A stretch of DNA of 64,000 nt, from the NCBI RefSeq assembly GCF_009914755.1, contig NC_060937.1. One strand, given 5' to 3'. The position numbers and the translations under genes were made by a program. This document shows, piece after piece, positions 1 to 13,670 of this stretch (its first letter is position 1; each line of letters begins with the position of its first letter). Source of the DNA: the human T2T-CHM13v2.0 reference genome, Homo sapiens. Below the pieces are notes generated by a model. The model did not search any database. It was given only the letters and a program-made list of their open reading frames with translations, and was not told the origin of the DNA.

Positions 1-382
1 GGGATGAATGCTTCATGAAAACAGATTAGCACTTGTATTTACCATATCCGACAGCCTTTTGTTTATATGGCATTTTAAACCAAAGCATTGTGAATTAGCT
101 GAAGGACAAAATCTCAAAAAGGGGCAGACCCCATTAACAGTTTACCTTTTGGCCAGATGGCATAACTTAGGGCTATTTATCTGGCTGTGAGGATAGAATT
201 TGGGATGACAAACGTTAGGTCTGATGCCAAGAATAGGACAGGAAACTAATACAGTGAGGAGACATGGAGCTATCTGTTCTAAGTTAATATAGCATGATTT
301 AAAATGCTAGTTCATGTATTAACTAGAAAATATTAGTTCCCCAAATTGTACTTGAAACATGAGAGTAGCTTCATTTTATTTT

Positions 383-820
383 GTCTCTCCTCTCCTCTCC
401 TCTCCTCTCCCCTCCCCTCCCCTTTCCCCTCCTCTCCCCTCTCCTCTCCTCCCCTCCCCTCTCCTTTCCCCTCCTCTCCCCTCCCCTCTCCTTTCCCCTC
501 CTCTCCCCTCTCCTCTCCTCTCTTCTCCTTTCCCCTCCTCTCCCCTCCCCTCTCCTTTCCCCTCCTCTCCCCTCCCCTCTCCTTTCCCCTCCTCTCCCCT
601 CCCCTCTCCTCTCCACTCCTTTCCCCTCCCCTCCTCTCCCCTCCCCTCCTCTCCCCTTCCCTTCCCTCCTCTTCCCTCCCCTCTCCTCTCCTCTCGTCTC
701 CTCTCCTTTCCCCTCCTCTCCCGTCACGTCACCTCCCTTCCCTTCACCTCCCCTCACCTCCCCTTTGCCTCCCCTCTCCCCTCCTGTCTCCTCCCTCTTC
801 TCTCTTCTCTCTCTTTTTTC
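383..820. repeat. C/T-rich polypyrimidine tract with an internal 27-bp unit
   Basis: Nearly purine-free. The unit cccctcccctctcctttcccctcctct recurs at 451, 478, 542 and 569, which explains the S/P/L-rich pseudo-ORFs. Confidence 0.95.
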
Positions 821-3800
821 TAAAAATGAAGTTTTCAGCTTTTGACAATGTGAGAGGAAGAGAAACTGACAATAACTTAAGCAAATGAAGGGGTGGGAAG
901 GAAACAAGGTAAAGGTTTAGACCAGTGTAGGGTTTAACTTTCCCCAGGTTGGAAGTGACGACTCGATGGCAACATTTCAGGTCCCAGAAAACTGCATACT
1001 CCTTTTAACATTCCCTTTCATCTCTCTCTTTACATTTCCAAATCTTTCAGAACATAACCTAAATATCATTTCCTCCAGAAAGACTTTCTTACTAATTCAC
1101 CCCAACTTGGAATAATCTCCTGCCTTCCAAACACCAGTACTAACCACCAATTGTCCTTATGGTTTAACTATATATTTCCTTATATTTTTTATTGTTAGCA
1201 TAAATATTTTCTTACGTATTTTTTTCTGATCTTTGATTCTCATCTCTCTGCTGGAGCATGAGGATCACTAGGGCATTCAGAGCAGGTAGAGTTACGTGCA
1301 CCCTTTTCTCACTCCAGAAACTAGCATGAGCCTTGAGGAGAGTATACTCTTCCTTGCACACTTCTTCATTTGCTGAACTGCCAATCTGGATACCATGTAT
1401 TCATACTTTAAAGCCATTTTTTTTTAATCTTACTAAAGTGGTCTCTTTTGAAAGCACACAGGTCTTCCAGTGTTTTGGATTTGTGTTTTCTCTATTAAAA
1501 CCCCACCAGGGCAAGCTTCACTAGAGCTACTGATGTTCGCCGTGCACATGAACTAAAAATGTTGGGTAACATAAAATGAAAAACATAATCAGAGGCAGAC
1601 TGGGGACCTGAGTCTGGGTTATCTTCAGGATCAATTCACCTTGAACCTGACAGTTAATTGTGAAGTGCATAACTGGATGGCAGGGTAAGTTACAATGATC
1701 TTTCCCAAAATTACAGCCTCATCTTGAAGAGTGTTTCTTTAATTCATGCTGATTTGATTAACCACAAGGGTTCTCATTTACAAATCCTTGGGAATACTGA
1801 ACACCTCTTATGATCATCCCTGGTGCAACAGAACCAATTTTATTGTGACTTCAGCTAAGTTGATCTGGTAACCCACTTGGGTGCCACTGCGATTGCCTTT
1901 GATCCACTCTGTTACAGCACAGGGGCAGAGTGGGGGATTTGATTGAAGAATATTTATTTGATTTCTCTCTCACTAAGGTTTTCTAGAACCCCAAGTAGTT
2001 CCCAACAATTTCCTGCCATCCCCACAGTAAGCCTCCCACCTGGACAGGTGGGTCCGTGTGCATTCCCAATTCCTTCTGCTCCCAAGTGAGCTCAGTGCTG
2101 ATGTCTCTCTGCATTTCCTGCTGCTCAGACTTTCTAGACACTTCTGTGGATCCTTCCATTTCTGCTACTTCCAAGTCACTTCTAAGTTATATGGGGGAAA
2201 TCTAGAGAGAGAAGAACTGGGAGGGTGAGAGTCCACTCTACCAACAGCCATGTATCAGAGTCAGTCGAAGGACGAATTACTGGGAACCAAAAGCAAAAGA
2301 GGAGATGTAGCATTAAGGATGCTGAAAAAATGAGAGACTAAAAGGATAAACAGGACTAAAAGCTGCAAAGAAGAATGGGATGATGATATTTCAATGTTTG
2401 GTGTGACAGGATAACACCAGTTGTTGACTTCTAGAATTATTTCTTTCAGAGAAGATAGATTTGAATAGATCAAACGTTCACCTAGGTTACTTCCTTTAAT
2501 AATGGCACTGCAATTAAAAAGCCAGCTCTTTAGTTTCATTATGTTACTAACATATTAATTCCATGTGATTATTTGGTTAATGGATCTTGCTTTGCTAAAA
2601 TACAGGCTCTGTGGAGACAGAATATGTCTGTTTTGATCACTGCCATATTCACATTTAGCTAAGTGCCTAGCTTATGGTAAAAACTTAAGTTTTACTTGTG
2701 TTTATGTTCAAAATATAACAAAATGTATCATATATACAATATAATGTTATGTTATACTTTTAATTACTATTGAGGTTTGATATTGTTAATGAGTATTATC
2801 ACTATATTTCCTATTTGGGATAATTATCTTTACCCATTTATATAGTTGGGTCTTAAAATTTTTTTATTGATTCACATGATGCTATCAACTCTATCGTGAG
2901 AAATCTTGTCAATGTTTTCTAAGTTTTTCTTGCGTTTGTTTATGGTTTTTTTTCAAATGGAGACAATTTAATTTTGTTACCTTCATAGTTATGGATCTTT
3001 TCTTTCATGACTTTTTTTCACTGCATTTAGGTTTAGAAAGTATTCAGTCATACAAAGATCAGCCTTGCTGGTAGAGAGAATAGCATTTGTGCAAACGTGG
3101 AGTTGGCCTGGTGAGGTGGTTTCCAGGAAGTAAAAGAAAGTCAGTGAGACTGAAATTCACAGTGGAGAAGATAGTTTAAGGTGAGGTTAGCAAAGTTAGT
3201 CCGAGGTCAGAGTATGCAGGGCTTTGAAGCTGTATTAAGGATTAGTGTCTTTGTTCTTAGAGAAATGTGTAGCCCTTGAAGGGTTTTACACATAAGACAA
3301 TAAGAGCAATGTAAAGACCACTCTGGAGGAGGAGGAAGAACATCGGGAGGAAGCAGAACAAGGACAGTGTGCAATGAAGATGGTCTTAGCAGTTTCTACG
3401 GAAGTGAGTGCTTTGCTGACTAGGTGGCAGAAGTGGAGAGAAGTGGATGCATTTCAGAGATCTATTTTAGAGGTAGATTTGGACTTGAGATAGGTTTAAA
3501 GTGGGCTTCGGGAGAAGAGGAAGATAGGAAGGAGGATGACCCTGTTTCTGATATGAGCAGCTGATGGGTGGACGTACTCGTTACTGAGACAGGAAACATG
3601 AAAGAAGATACAGCTAAGCCTAGAACATGCTTTCTAATTTTTTTTTTTTTTGAGAAAACTATGAGATACTCAAATGAAATGTGAGTCAGACAGTTGACAT
3701 ATGCTTTACAAAGCTCACACAAGGCACAGGGCCTGTAAATAAAATATTAGAAGTCACTGGCTAACAATTAATGAATATAAATATGGATGGGCTCACTTAG

Positions 3801-3937
3801 GGATATAGAAGAATGAGAAGAGAAAGACTGGTTCTAGACATTGAAGAACCCCTACATTTAAAGATCAAACTAACAGCACAATTAGGCCAGAAGAGTCAAG
3901 GGATATGTAAAAGAGTATGAGGTCATCAAAAGCAGAA

Positions 3938-4319
<382 letters not shown>

Positions 4320-4524
4320 CTATGTGTTTAAGTCAAATGGGTAACAGTATTAACAACATGGAATTTATTGGTTATCTTCAAAGGAGCTGTTTGAACAGAG
4401 TAGTGATATCAGGAGAAAAAGAGGGATGAGGAGTGAGAAAATAACCATCTTCTGCTTGTTTTTGAGAAGAGAGAGTGTGGTAACTGAAAGAGATGGGAGA
4501 AATGAATGTTTTTAAAACAAAAGA

Positions 4525-4830
4525 GTCTGGGTGTCATGGCTCATGCCTGTAATCCCAGGACTTGGGATGCTGAGGTGGGAGGATTGCTTGAACCCAGGAA
4601 TTGAAAACCAGCTTGGGCAACATAGTGAGACCCCCATCTCTACACAATTAAAAATTATCTGGGCATGGTGGCACGTGTCTGTGGTTCCAGCTACTTAGGA
4701 GGCTGGGGCAGGAGCATCACTTAAACCTGGGAGGTCGAGACTGCAGTGAACTATGATTGCATCACTGCACTCCAGACTGGATGATAGAGCAAGGCCCTGT
4801 ATCAAAATAAATAAATATTACAAAATACAA
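4525..4830 (+). mobile_element. Alu (AluJ-like)
   Basis: Diverged Alu dimer with J-type motifs ggaggattgcttgaacccagg and gcaacatagtgagacccc. Confidence 0.9.
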
Positions 4831-5169
4831 TGTTTTAGAGAAGGTTTGTATATGAGAGGACACATCTAGTGTGAAGGATTGCATGACAATGCAAGAGAAA
4901 GAGGCCCCTACCTTAGAAAGTGAGGTCCCTAACAAAATGGAAGAGAATGGCACCCAGAAGAGCAAAAGCCAGCTGGCCTCCACTGTGAGAAGAGATACCT
5001 GCTTCATTTAGATGGAAGGAAGAAAAGGTATGGTTTGTTGATGGAAAGATGGGTGGATTCCCATCTGATGACTTCTGTTTTCCTCTCAAATTATGAAGCA
5101 TGGTTACTGGTGAAACTGATTTGGAATGGTGGTGAGGGGAGACCACATTGTGTCATAGAGAGGACCATT

Positions 5170-5720
5170 CATGTCAGGGTAAGGGGGTTTACATAGCTAG
5201 TAGCAACCTGTGTAGTCAAGGATTTGGCCTCATCCAAAGAGAAGTTACCTCCCGAGAGGTAACTATTTAAGTGTTGGACTTTTTGAGGTGATAGAAGTGT
5301 CTTTGTTGTGCATGGTATGCCTCTGGGACCACACCTGATAGTTTAAGGCTAATGAGATGACTCAGGGTGGGGCTGGCCCAACCACATAATCTAGGGGTGG
5401 GAGTTGTCCATGCCAGAATGACCATCATATGATTAGGTTACATGATATAATTTGACCTAAAGACTGAGTTCAGCCATGTGGGCAATGCATCATCAATCAT
5501 GCTTTTTTAGTGAAGCCTCAGTAGAAATTTTGGACACTGAAGCTTGGGTGAACTTTCTGGATTGGCAGTGCTCTTTGTGTGTATGCCACACATTGATGCT
5601 GGGAGTGCAGTGTCTTTGAGGACAATAGAAGCTCTGCACTGGAATTCTCCCAGACTCTGTCATATGTATTTATCACTTTTTCTGGTTCTAATTTGTATGC
5701 TTTCCTTGAAATAAGCACAG
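5170..5720 (+). mobile_element. ERVL-class LTR, MER21/MER77-like
   Basis: Motifs cagggtaagggggtttacata, ggacactgaagcttgggtgaactttctgg and gaggacaatagaagctc resemble the recalled MER21/MER77 consensus. Confidence 0.65.
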
Positions 5721-6757
5721 CAAATATGTATTTAGTCAGGAAAAAATAAAGATTTCCATTCGGGATGACATTCTATTTTCCATATAAATAAACTATTATT
5801 AAATGAATTAAAATGGCCTTGAAGGAAAAAATGCAGATGTTCTTTTTTAGTGATTTCATCTGCATATATTCAATTGAACATATATAGCACCCTGCAAATG
5901 GTTCTCTGATTTTAATACTGGAACATTTTTCCTTACTGGAAATTTTATATCACCTTCCTCTGCCCCCTTAGTTTTGCATAGTTGTGAAAGCAGATTTTTT
6001 TTATGTTTGCTCAGATAGGCTGGATATTACTGGAAGTGTTACAACTCAAGCTAATTACTATAATCATTACGCAAGAATTGAAACGGTGCTTGTTCTGGTT
6101 CTAAGAGGTTATTTTCTTGCTTTCAAGTTCTGGTTTAACATTTTGTTTATCCTTTAATTGTACTTGTGTCTAAAAATTGTTTTTATTGCATCAGCTATAT
6201 TAATGGGAAATTCAGAAGAAAGCCTTCAAACAAGAATATTATTTTAGTCATCTTTTAGGATCATTCTTAGAAACCATTTCCCTCCCTTGGACCACCATTT
6301 CTACATATTGTTATTGAAAGTGGGAAGTTTCATCTTCGCTATCCTAAAGCTTCTAGGGAAAGCTGTCTTTAGTTTTGACATAATATTCATTAGCCCCAGA
6401 AGAAACCCAGTGCTCAGAGAATCCCAAATTTACTTGATTGTTCTTAGGTTTGGTAGACACAGCAAGAAAAATGGGTCATGCTGCTGTCAAAGTAGCTGAC
6501 TCCTGGCATTTTTCCTGAATGTCCACACATAAGATACTAAACCTTTTACGAAAAAATTGCAGTTTTTTTTTTCCAATTCTACCCAGGAAGGGTGAAAGTG
6601 GGAAACACGGAGTCTCTACTCACTCTGCTTCTACATTAAAAAAAAACCCTCAAAGAGGAATCTCTGCTCTTCATTGGCTCATTTTGTTGACTCTGTAGCC
6701 AACTAATCTCTATAGGTGAAAAGTAATACCTGACAGTTCCTTACTACTGCTACTACA

Positions 6758-7173
6758 ACTCCTCCTCCTCCTCCTCTTCTTCCTTCTTCTTCCTCCTTCT
6801 TTCTTCTTCTTCTTCCTTCCTTCCTCCTCCTCCTCTTCTTCCTCTTCTTCTTCTCCTCCTCATCCTCTTCCTCCTCCTTCTTCTCCTTCTTCTTCTTCTC
6901 CTCTTTCTTCTTCTCCTTCTTCTTCTCCTTCCTCTCTTCCTTCTTCCTCTCTTCTTTCTTCTTCCTCCTTTTTTCTTCTTTCTTCTCCTCTTTCTTCTCT
7001 CCTTCCTTCCTTCCTCTTCTTTCCTCTTCCTCCTCTCCTTCTCCTCCTTCCTCTTCTTCTTCCTCCTCTTGTTCTTCTTCCTCTTCTTCTTCCCCTCTTC
7101 CTCTTCCTTCCCTCCTTCTCCTCCTCCTTTTTCTTCCTCCTCTTCCTCTTGTTCTTTCTTGCTCTTCTCTTTT
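6758..7173. repeat. (CTT/CCT)n-type polypyrimidine low-complexity repeat
   Basis: About 415 bp almost free of purines, with 3-bp periodicity. It produces the E/K/R-rich pseudo-ORFs on the minus strand. Confidence 0.95.
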
Positions 7174-7254
7174 TAAAAATTTTTTTAGCAAAGAGGAAAC
7201 TCTTTGAATGGGGAAATAATCTGCCAAACATCAACAGCTCTCAGTTCTATTCAC

Positions 7255-7760
7255 TTGTATTACTTAAGTACAGGCTTGGATAATGTGACAAACAAACAAA
7301 CAAAAAAACAACATCTAAAATACCAATTGTCTCAATAATATAGATGCTTATTTTTCTTTCCTATCTGTTGACTGACATGCACAGCCTGGGGCTGGCATGG
7401 TGGTCCCATGATCATTCCGGACCAGAATCCTTCTATCTGGTGGCTTCCCATAGTTCAATATGGTAGCTGCAGCTCCAATGAACATTCTCACATTTTAACT
7501 TTCAAGGTTAACACTATTAACACTATTAAACACTATTATTTGAAAAATATTATTTGAAAAATAACAAAATATGCCATTTCCCTTTCAGAGAATAGTGTTT
7601 AATATAATAATTCCCTGTTAGGGAATCTGTGGAAAATTTCATTCATCACTTTCCCTTGAGCCCCGTAGAATGGAATTTACTCTATGGCTTTACTTAGCTA
7701 CAAAAAGTAATGGAATATGTAGTCTTTTTTCTTAGGTGTCCTCAGGTCAAACCAGAATTC
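7255..7760 (-). mobile_element. Old MaLR LTR (MLT1K/L-like)
   Basis: Motifs ggggctggcatggtgg, tccttctatct, aatatggtagctgcagctcca and ggaatatgtagtctttt. Confidence 0.55.
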
Positions 7761-8006
7761 AAGAGTGGTATTACTTCACTGTAGTGTCAATAGGCTAGAA
7801 CCATGCCTTGTGCTTTAACTATAGACCCAGCTGCTTCCAAAATACTAAGTACTTTTCAATATTTTACTTAATGTTGATCATTTTATTTGTCTTAATACCC
7901 TTTCTTCTGAAAATTTGGAGTGGGGATATTTTAGGAGATGTCCAGCTGATAAAAGAAAACTTCACTTTTGTGGAACTCCACATGTTTAGCCTTTCTGTGT
8001 TTTATG

Positions 8007-8064
8007 TCTGTGTGTATATGCGCATACGTGTGTGTGCATGTGTGTGTGCACGTGTGTGAGTGTG
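8007..8064. repeat. Imperfect (TG)n microsatellite
   Basis: Alternating purine-pyrimidine tract. Confidence 0.85.
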
Positions 8065-8971
8065 CTTACTTTGGTTGGATACAGGAACATTGCTAGATGC
8101 GGTAATTTTTAAAAATCAATGCCATTGGAATATATAGTGTAGGCTAAGTGAGAGTATTTATTAATTCCCTAGTGATCTGCTTCAGCTCAGCCTTAACTGA
8201 GTCACTTGGAGAAGAGAGAAACAATTTCAGTTTTGATGTAATCTCTTTAGGACCAGTAGTCAGAGAGCTACAGATTTACAACTGACTCCTTCTCAGGGAT
8301 TTAGTTTTGCAGTGACTACCCTGGACATTCACAGTGGAATAAGTTTATTAGATTATTAAAGCTGGGGAGGGGACAAGTTGAAAATAATGTTGCAAGAGAG
8401 AGCAAACAGTTTAAGTTATGAAATACATGGAATCCTTGTTTCTTGGAGCTGTATTTCATGTATTCAGGAGTCAGGGTGGGGGTGGGGGTTGAATTTTAAC
8501 AATAACAGTAACAAGCTCTGTAACCTTGGACAAGTTACATAACCTGTCTATATCTTAGTTTTCTCATCCACATATAGGGAAAATGAATGTATTGTTCACT
8601 CATCACTTAATAATGAAACTCTCAGAAGTGAATCAGTCAATTTAATGACTTGACAATAACTTTGGAAATGTTAATGAAGGAATATCTGAAACTTTTAGTA
8701 TAAACCAGATTTGAAGACTTTTCTTATTTCTCACCTTTTCTGTGTGAGAAATAAGATATGTCTATACAATAAGACATTCAACAGTTGAATGTCTTAATAT
8801 ATTATTATAAAAATGGAGGAAGTAAGAAATATTTAAAATCTAAACCTGTCATTTTACTAAGGAGACGGAACAGGATACCAAATAAATCCAACCTTAAGTC
8901 CATCATCACAAATAGTGTTGTTGAGATTCCTGGAACTAATGTTTGGGGTTTCTGATGTCAAGTATTATGCT

Positions 8972-10126
8972 CTTTCTTTATTTTTATAGATGAAGGAGTG
9001 CACATGTGCAGTTTTCTTACATGGATACATTGGAAAATGGTGAAGTTTGGGCTTCCAGTGTACCCATGAACTGAATAATGAATAGTGTACCAGATGAATA
9101 ATGAACAATGTACCTAATAATGAACAGAATAGGTTATTTTTCAACCCTCACCCACCTCTGCATTTTGGAGTTCCCAGTATCTGTTATTCCCATTTTTATT
9201 TCCGTGTGTACCCATCATTTAGTTCCCACTTATAAGTGAAAACAAGTGGTATTTGATTTTTTGTTTCTGAGTTATTTCACTTACGATAATGGCCTCCAGC
9301 TCCATTCATGATGCTGCAAATGACATGATTTTATTTCCTTTTTATGGCTGCATAGTATTCCATGATGTATATTTTCCACAGTTTCTTTATTCAATCATCA
9401 GTTGATGGACACTTAGGTTGATTCCATGACTTTGCTATTGTGGATAACGCTGTGATAAACATATGACTATAGGTGTCTTTTTGATATAACAATCCTTTTC
9501 TTTGGGTAGACATCCAATAGAAGGATTACTGGGTTGAGAAGTAGTTTTATGTTTAGTTTCTTGAGAAATCTCCATACTGTTTTCCATAGAGGTTGTACTA
9601 ATTTACATTAACACTAACAGTGGGTAAGCATTTCCTTTTCTCTGAATCCTCACCAACATTTGTTTTTTTGTTTTTTGTTTTTGATGTTTAATAATAGCCA
9701 TTGTGACTGGTGTGAGATAGTATCTCATTGTGATTTTAATTTGTATTTCTTTGATGATTAGTGATGCTGATAATTTTTTTCCTGTGTTTTCCACTTGTAT
9801 GTCTTTTTTTGAGAAATGTCTGTTCATGTCCTTTGCCCACTTTTTAATGGGATTATTTATTTATTTATTTTTCTTGTTGAGTTGTTTAAATTCTTAGTAG
9901 ACTGTGGGTATTAATCCTTTGTCAGATGCATAGTTTGAAAATATTTTCTCCCATTCTGTAGTCTGTCTGTTCATTCTGTTGCTTGTTTCTTTTGCTGTGC
10001 AGAAGCACTTTAGTTTAAGCCCATTTGTCTATTTTTGTTCTTGTTGCCTTTGCTTTGGAGATCTTAGTAGTAAGTTCTTTGCTGAGGCCAATGTCCAGAA
10101 GAGTTTTTTCTAGGTTTCCTTCTAGA
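8972..10126 (-). mobile_element. L1 3' fragment (L1PB/late L1PA-like), 5'-truncated
   Basis: 3' UTR motif cccacttataagtgaaaac. An ORF2 C-terminal remnant ([24 protein letters not shown]) is in minus ORF 9603-9827. Confidence 0.92.
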
Positions 10127-13100
10127 ATGAGCACTTTCTTTTTCTATTAGCACAAAATATATTTATGTATGGGAGATAATTTAATCCATGAAAGTAGATA
10201 GACTAATAAAGAGAATGTCACAGAAAGAAAGGTTCAAGGTGGGATCAGAACAAATAAGAATATTTAAAGGATACAGAGAGTAGAAAAACTGTGCAGATAG
10301 GAGAAGTAATCAGAGACTAGAAAGATCACTGAGGAAGTATAATATCGTGAGAAGGAAAACCAATGTTAAACAAGGTAAGTGAGCAAGATTTTTCACTTTA
10401 GAAATTAATGGATTATTAGTGACTTCATCAAGAGAAATTCCACTAGTGGTTGTGTGGGTATGGGACAGAGGGATCAAATCCAGAACACAGTGGGTCTGAG
10501 AGTGAATGTTGGGGTGACAAAGTGAAGACAGCAAATACTGATTATTCCTCACCAAAGCTTAGCTCTGAATGGAATGAAAGTCAAGAGGTAGAGGAACCTA
10601 TGGGTGATTTTTTCAGGGAGGCTTATCATTCTGGAGAGGTAGCTGCTAAGATTGATCCCTACTGATACAGTATCCTTGCCTCCCTCCAACTTCACTCTGA
10701 AATATTAGACAACAGATGCTCTTTTTATTTATTTCTGTGTCCCTAGTGTTTAGCACTATGGCTAGAAAACTCAAAATCTTTTTGTGGAATGAACAAAAAA
10801 TTCTCACATGGCACTCTAACATAAAGTTAGTTTTTGTACCATGCCAGTCACCAGTTGCAAACTTGGATCTGGCCACTGGTGTCTGTAAGAATATTCAACT
10901 TAGGTTTGAAAAGAAGCAATGGAAGTTTTAAATCTTCCCTTTTTGAGTTCTCCCAACTGAATAGTGTGTACCACTCAGTCTAATCTATTGCATTTTTCTC
11001 CATCCTGTTCACCTCTGCCTTTACCTGGTGCTTTTCCCTGTGAGATGCATCACCTGCAGCTTACTAGCTACAGCACCAGATTTAAAAAATAGACTGCCTG
11101 AGTTGTTATTTATCGGAAAAAATTGCTTTCCAGTGTTTCATGTCCTGTACCTGAGTTAAGAGGGATGGTTTTTATCAGTATTTGCCAAAAATTCTTTTGA
11201 AGAAAATGTCCTTTTTAACGTTAATAATTTAATGCTCAGACACATAATATTCAATATCTGCTTTGCAGAAGAGTAAGCTGCTTTTATAAACTCAAGAACT
11301 CCTCACCACTGTACATTGCAAGGCAGGACAGGGCCCACATTTCACTGGTATTGGTCAAATATCAATCTGCATGGACACCCTCTCCATTCAGTTTTCAGTT
11401 CTTAGGGAGCTGGCATTTCATTCTTTGAGCAAATGAATGATGAAAGATCTAAAACATCTATTAAACTTCATAGTTTGTCTAGGAAACCAGGAGAAGAAGG
11501 TGTGAATTGATGATGAACCTCCCTGTGGGACAAATAACTTACGATCTGCTAAATAGTAGATAGAAGGCTATGGCTAAGAAGTAATATTACAGTAGTTGTG
11601 TGCAGATATTTCTCACATTGAAAAATGGGTTGATTAATGGCATGCTTATGGAGAAAGCGCTAATCTGGGATTCTGTTACTGTATTTAATTAACTAGTCAA
11701 CCATTGAAGATCCATGGAGCTTAGGTCTACAAGTGAGAGATAATCAATTTCTGATTTTGCTCTGTCCACAGCTGAGGAGAAGATGGTTGCAAACCTGAGA
11801 AAGCTCAGCCAAAAGAGTAGATCAATATTTCATTTTGTCTTTGTTACTGGTTATCTAATGGGAGGAAATGCACTTCTCTTTTCCTTACTTTTTCCTTGGC
11901 TCTACACTGGCACAATTTTCAAGGAGCTCAGAAATGTGAGTTGGAAAAAGAGTATTAAATTATTAGTGTCATTGCAAATGACAGTTACATGCCAAGGTTA
12001 TGCAACCAATGTTTGTCACTAAAATTAAAAGTAATAATGTAATGGGAGAAGTATATTATCAGCAAATGAATGATTCAAGATTTTTAGGGATGATCAGCTT
12101 GATTTCTGTAATTACATGACTAGCTTCTCACTTTTCTTGTGCAACTATTGAATGAGAGCCTGAACAAACTACACTGTAATGAAGGACACTGGTAGGAAAA
12201 TATTTGTTATTATAGTCATATATGCATATTCATGCCATGAGCAATGTAAATGGTAGAAATGTCAAAGGCTATGCCATATGAATTTTAAATGACTTATTGT
12301 TATAGGTTTTACTTTGTCACAAAGGTTGTATTTTGTAGAACTGTAAAAGAACAGTGGCTCTTGTGTCAAATGAGAATATTGGAAAAACTTTTTTTGGCCC
12401 ATGTGGATCAAGCCTTTGTTTTACTCACAGTGACACTTTAAGATGCCATCCAAAAGAAGTGAATCTGGTATGACTGAGGAACACACTGAGTGATTGTATG
12501 GTGTAACTGATATTGCCTTTTCACAAGGAAGAAACTATTTAGAACTTGTGTGATTATACATAACAAATTTCATAGGTTCAGTCTGTTAAAGCCTGGAACA
12601 TTAGAGATCTCTTTGCCACTCCCAGAAAATAAACAAATAATATGAATAATTTTTGCTGGAGTATAAGTTCCTTAGGTAGGAATACAGCACACCAATTTCT
12701 TCAACTGCTTCCATATTCACCATAACATGAGTGCTGCAAAGAGCCCATTTCTGAAGAGCCACTCTCACAAGGCACAGTTTGAAGAGCTTAGTTGGATCAG
12801 AAGTGCAAAGCTTCATGTTTTTCTACAGGCAGAACTATTTTGAGACAGTAACCTCAATGTCAGCCAAGAAAGAGAAAGTCCTGTCTTATTCACAAATATA
12901 TAGCAAAATTTTAATTTCTAAGATGTTGAAAATTATAAAACTTTATTATATTGATCAGAATGCACATGCGAAGTGTTGATTTAAAGATTAGGAAATACTC
13001 TTAGGTGACATAAATATTGGGACGGAATGAACGTTGTTTTCATTTGACATGACCTGAGACTTTCCTTGCAGGAAGACCACAACAGTTTCATAGGGCAGTT

Positions 13101-13229
13101 GGCTGTTACTGAATGCTTATTACTCAATATGCCTCAGTAGCCCTGGATGACCCCTTAATATTGACTATTTGTGACAATATTTTTTCAAATCAATATGGGG
13201 AAATTGAAGTAAAAATTTACATATTTTCT

Positions 13230-13450
13230 GTAAGTGACTTTACAGACATATAACTTATATATTACATTATACATCTAAATTATGTATAAATGTGTCTATA
13301 TAACATCTATATTATATAGATACATGTATTAATTCATAGATATATGTATAATTATGCATCTATTAATTTATATATTTGTTTTATATATACATTAATTTTT
13401 GTATTTTATAAATATTAAAATAAAACATGTATTCACAATATTCTATAAGA
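13230..13450. repeat. AT-rich / (TA)n low-complexity tract
   Basis: Very high A+T content with degenerate TA alternation. Confidence 0.8.
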
Positions 13451-13670
13451 AATACACTTTTTGATACACTATAATATTGAATAGATAATTGATTTTACCT
13501 TACAGGCTATTATATTTCACTCTTTAGTTTTTGTGCTTTAAAGATTATGGGTCCAGCATTTCTTTTCATCTTTCTTTTAAACATTTTACCATAAAAAGTT
13601 TTCATTATACTGAAAATTTAATATAATAGCAGGATAAACCTTCAGATACTCTAGATTCAACAATATTTAT

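Noticed and set aside
346-907. 150-180 aa ORFs rich in S/P/L or G/E/R
   Set aside because: Artefacts of the stop-free polypyrimidine repeat.
6703-7234. E/K/R-rich ORFs on the minus strand
   Set aside because: Translation of the (GAA/GGA)n simple repeat.
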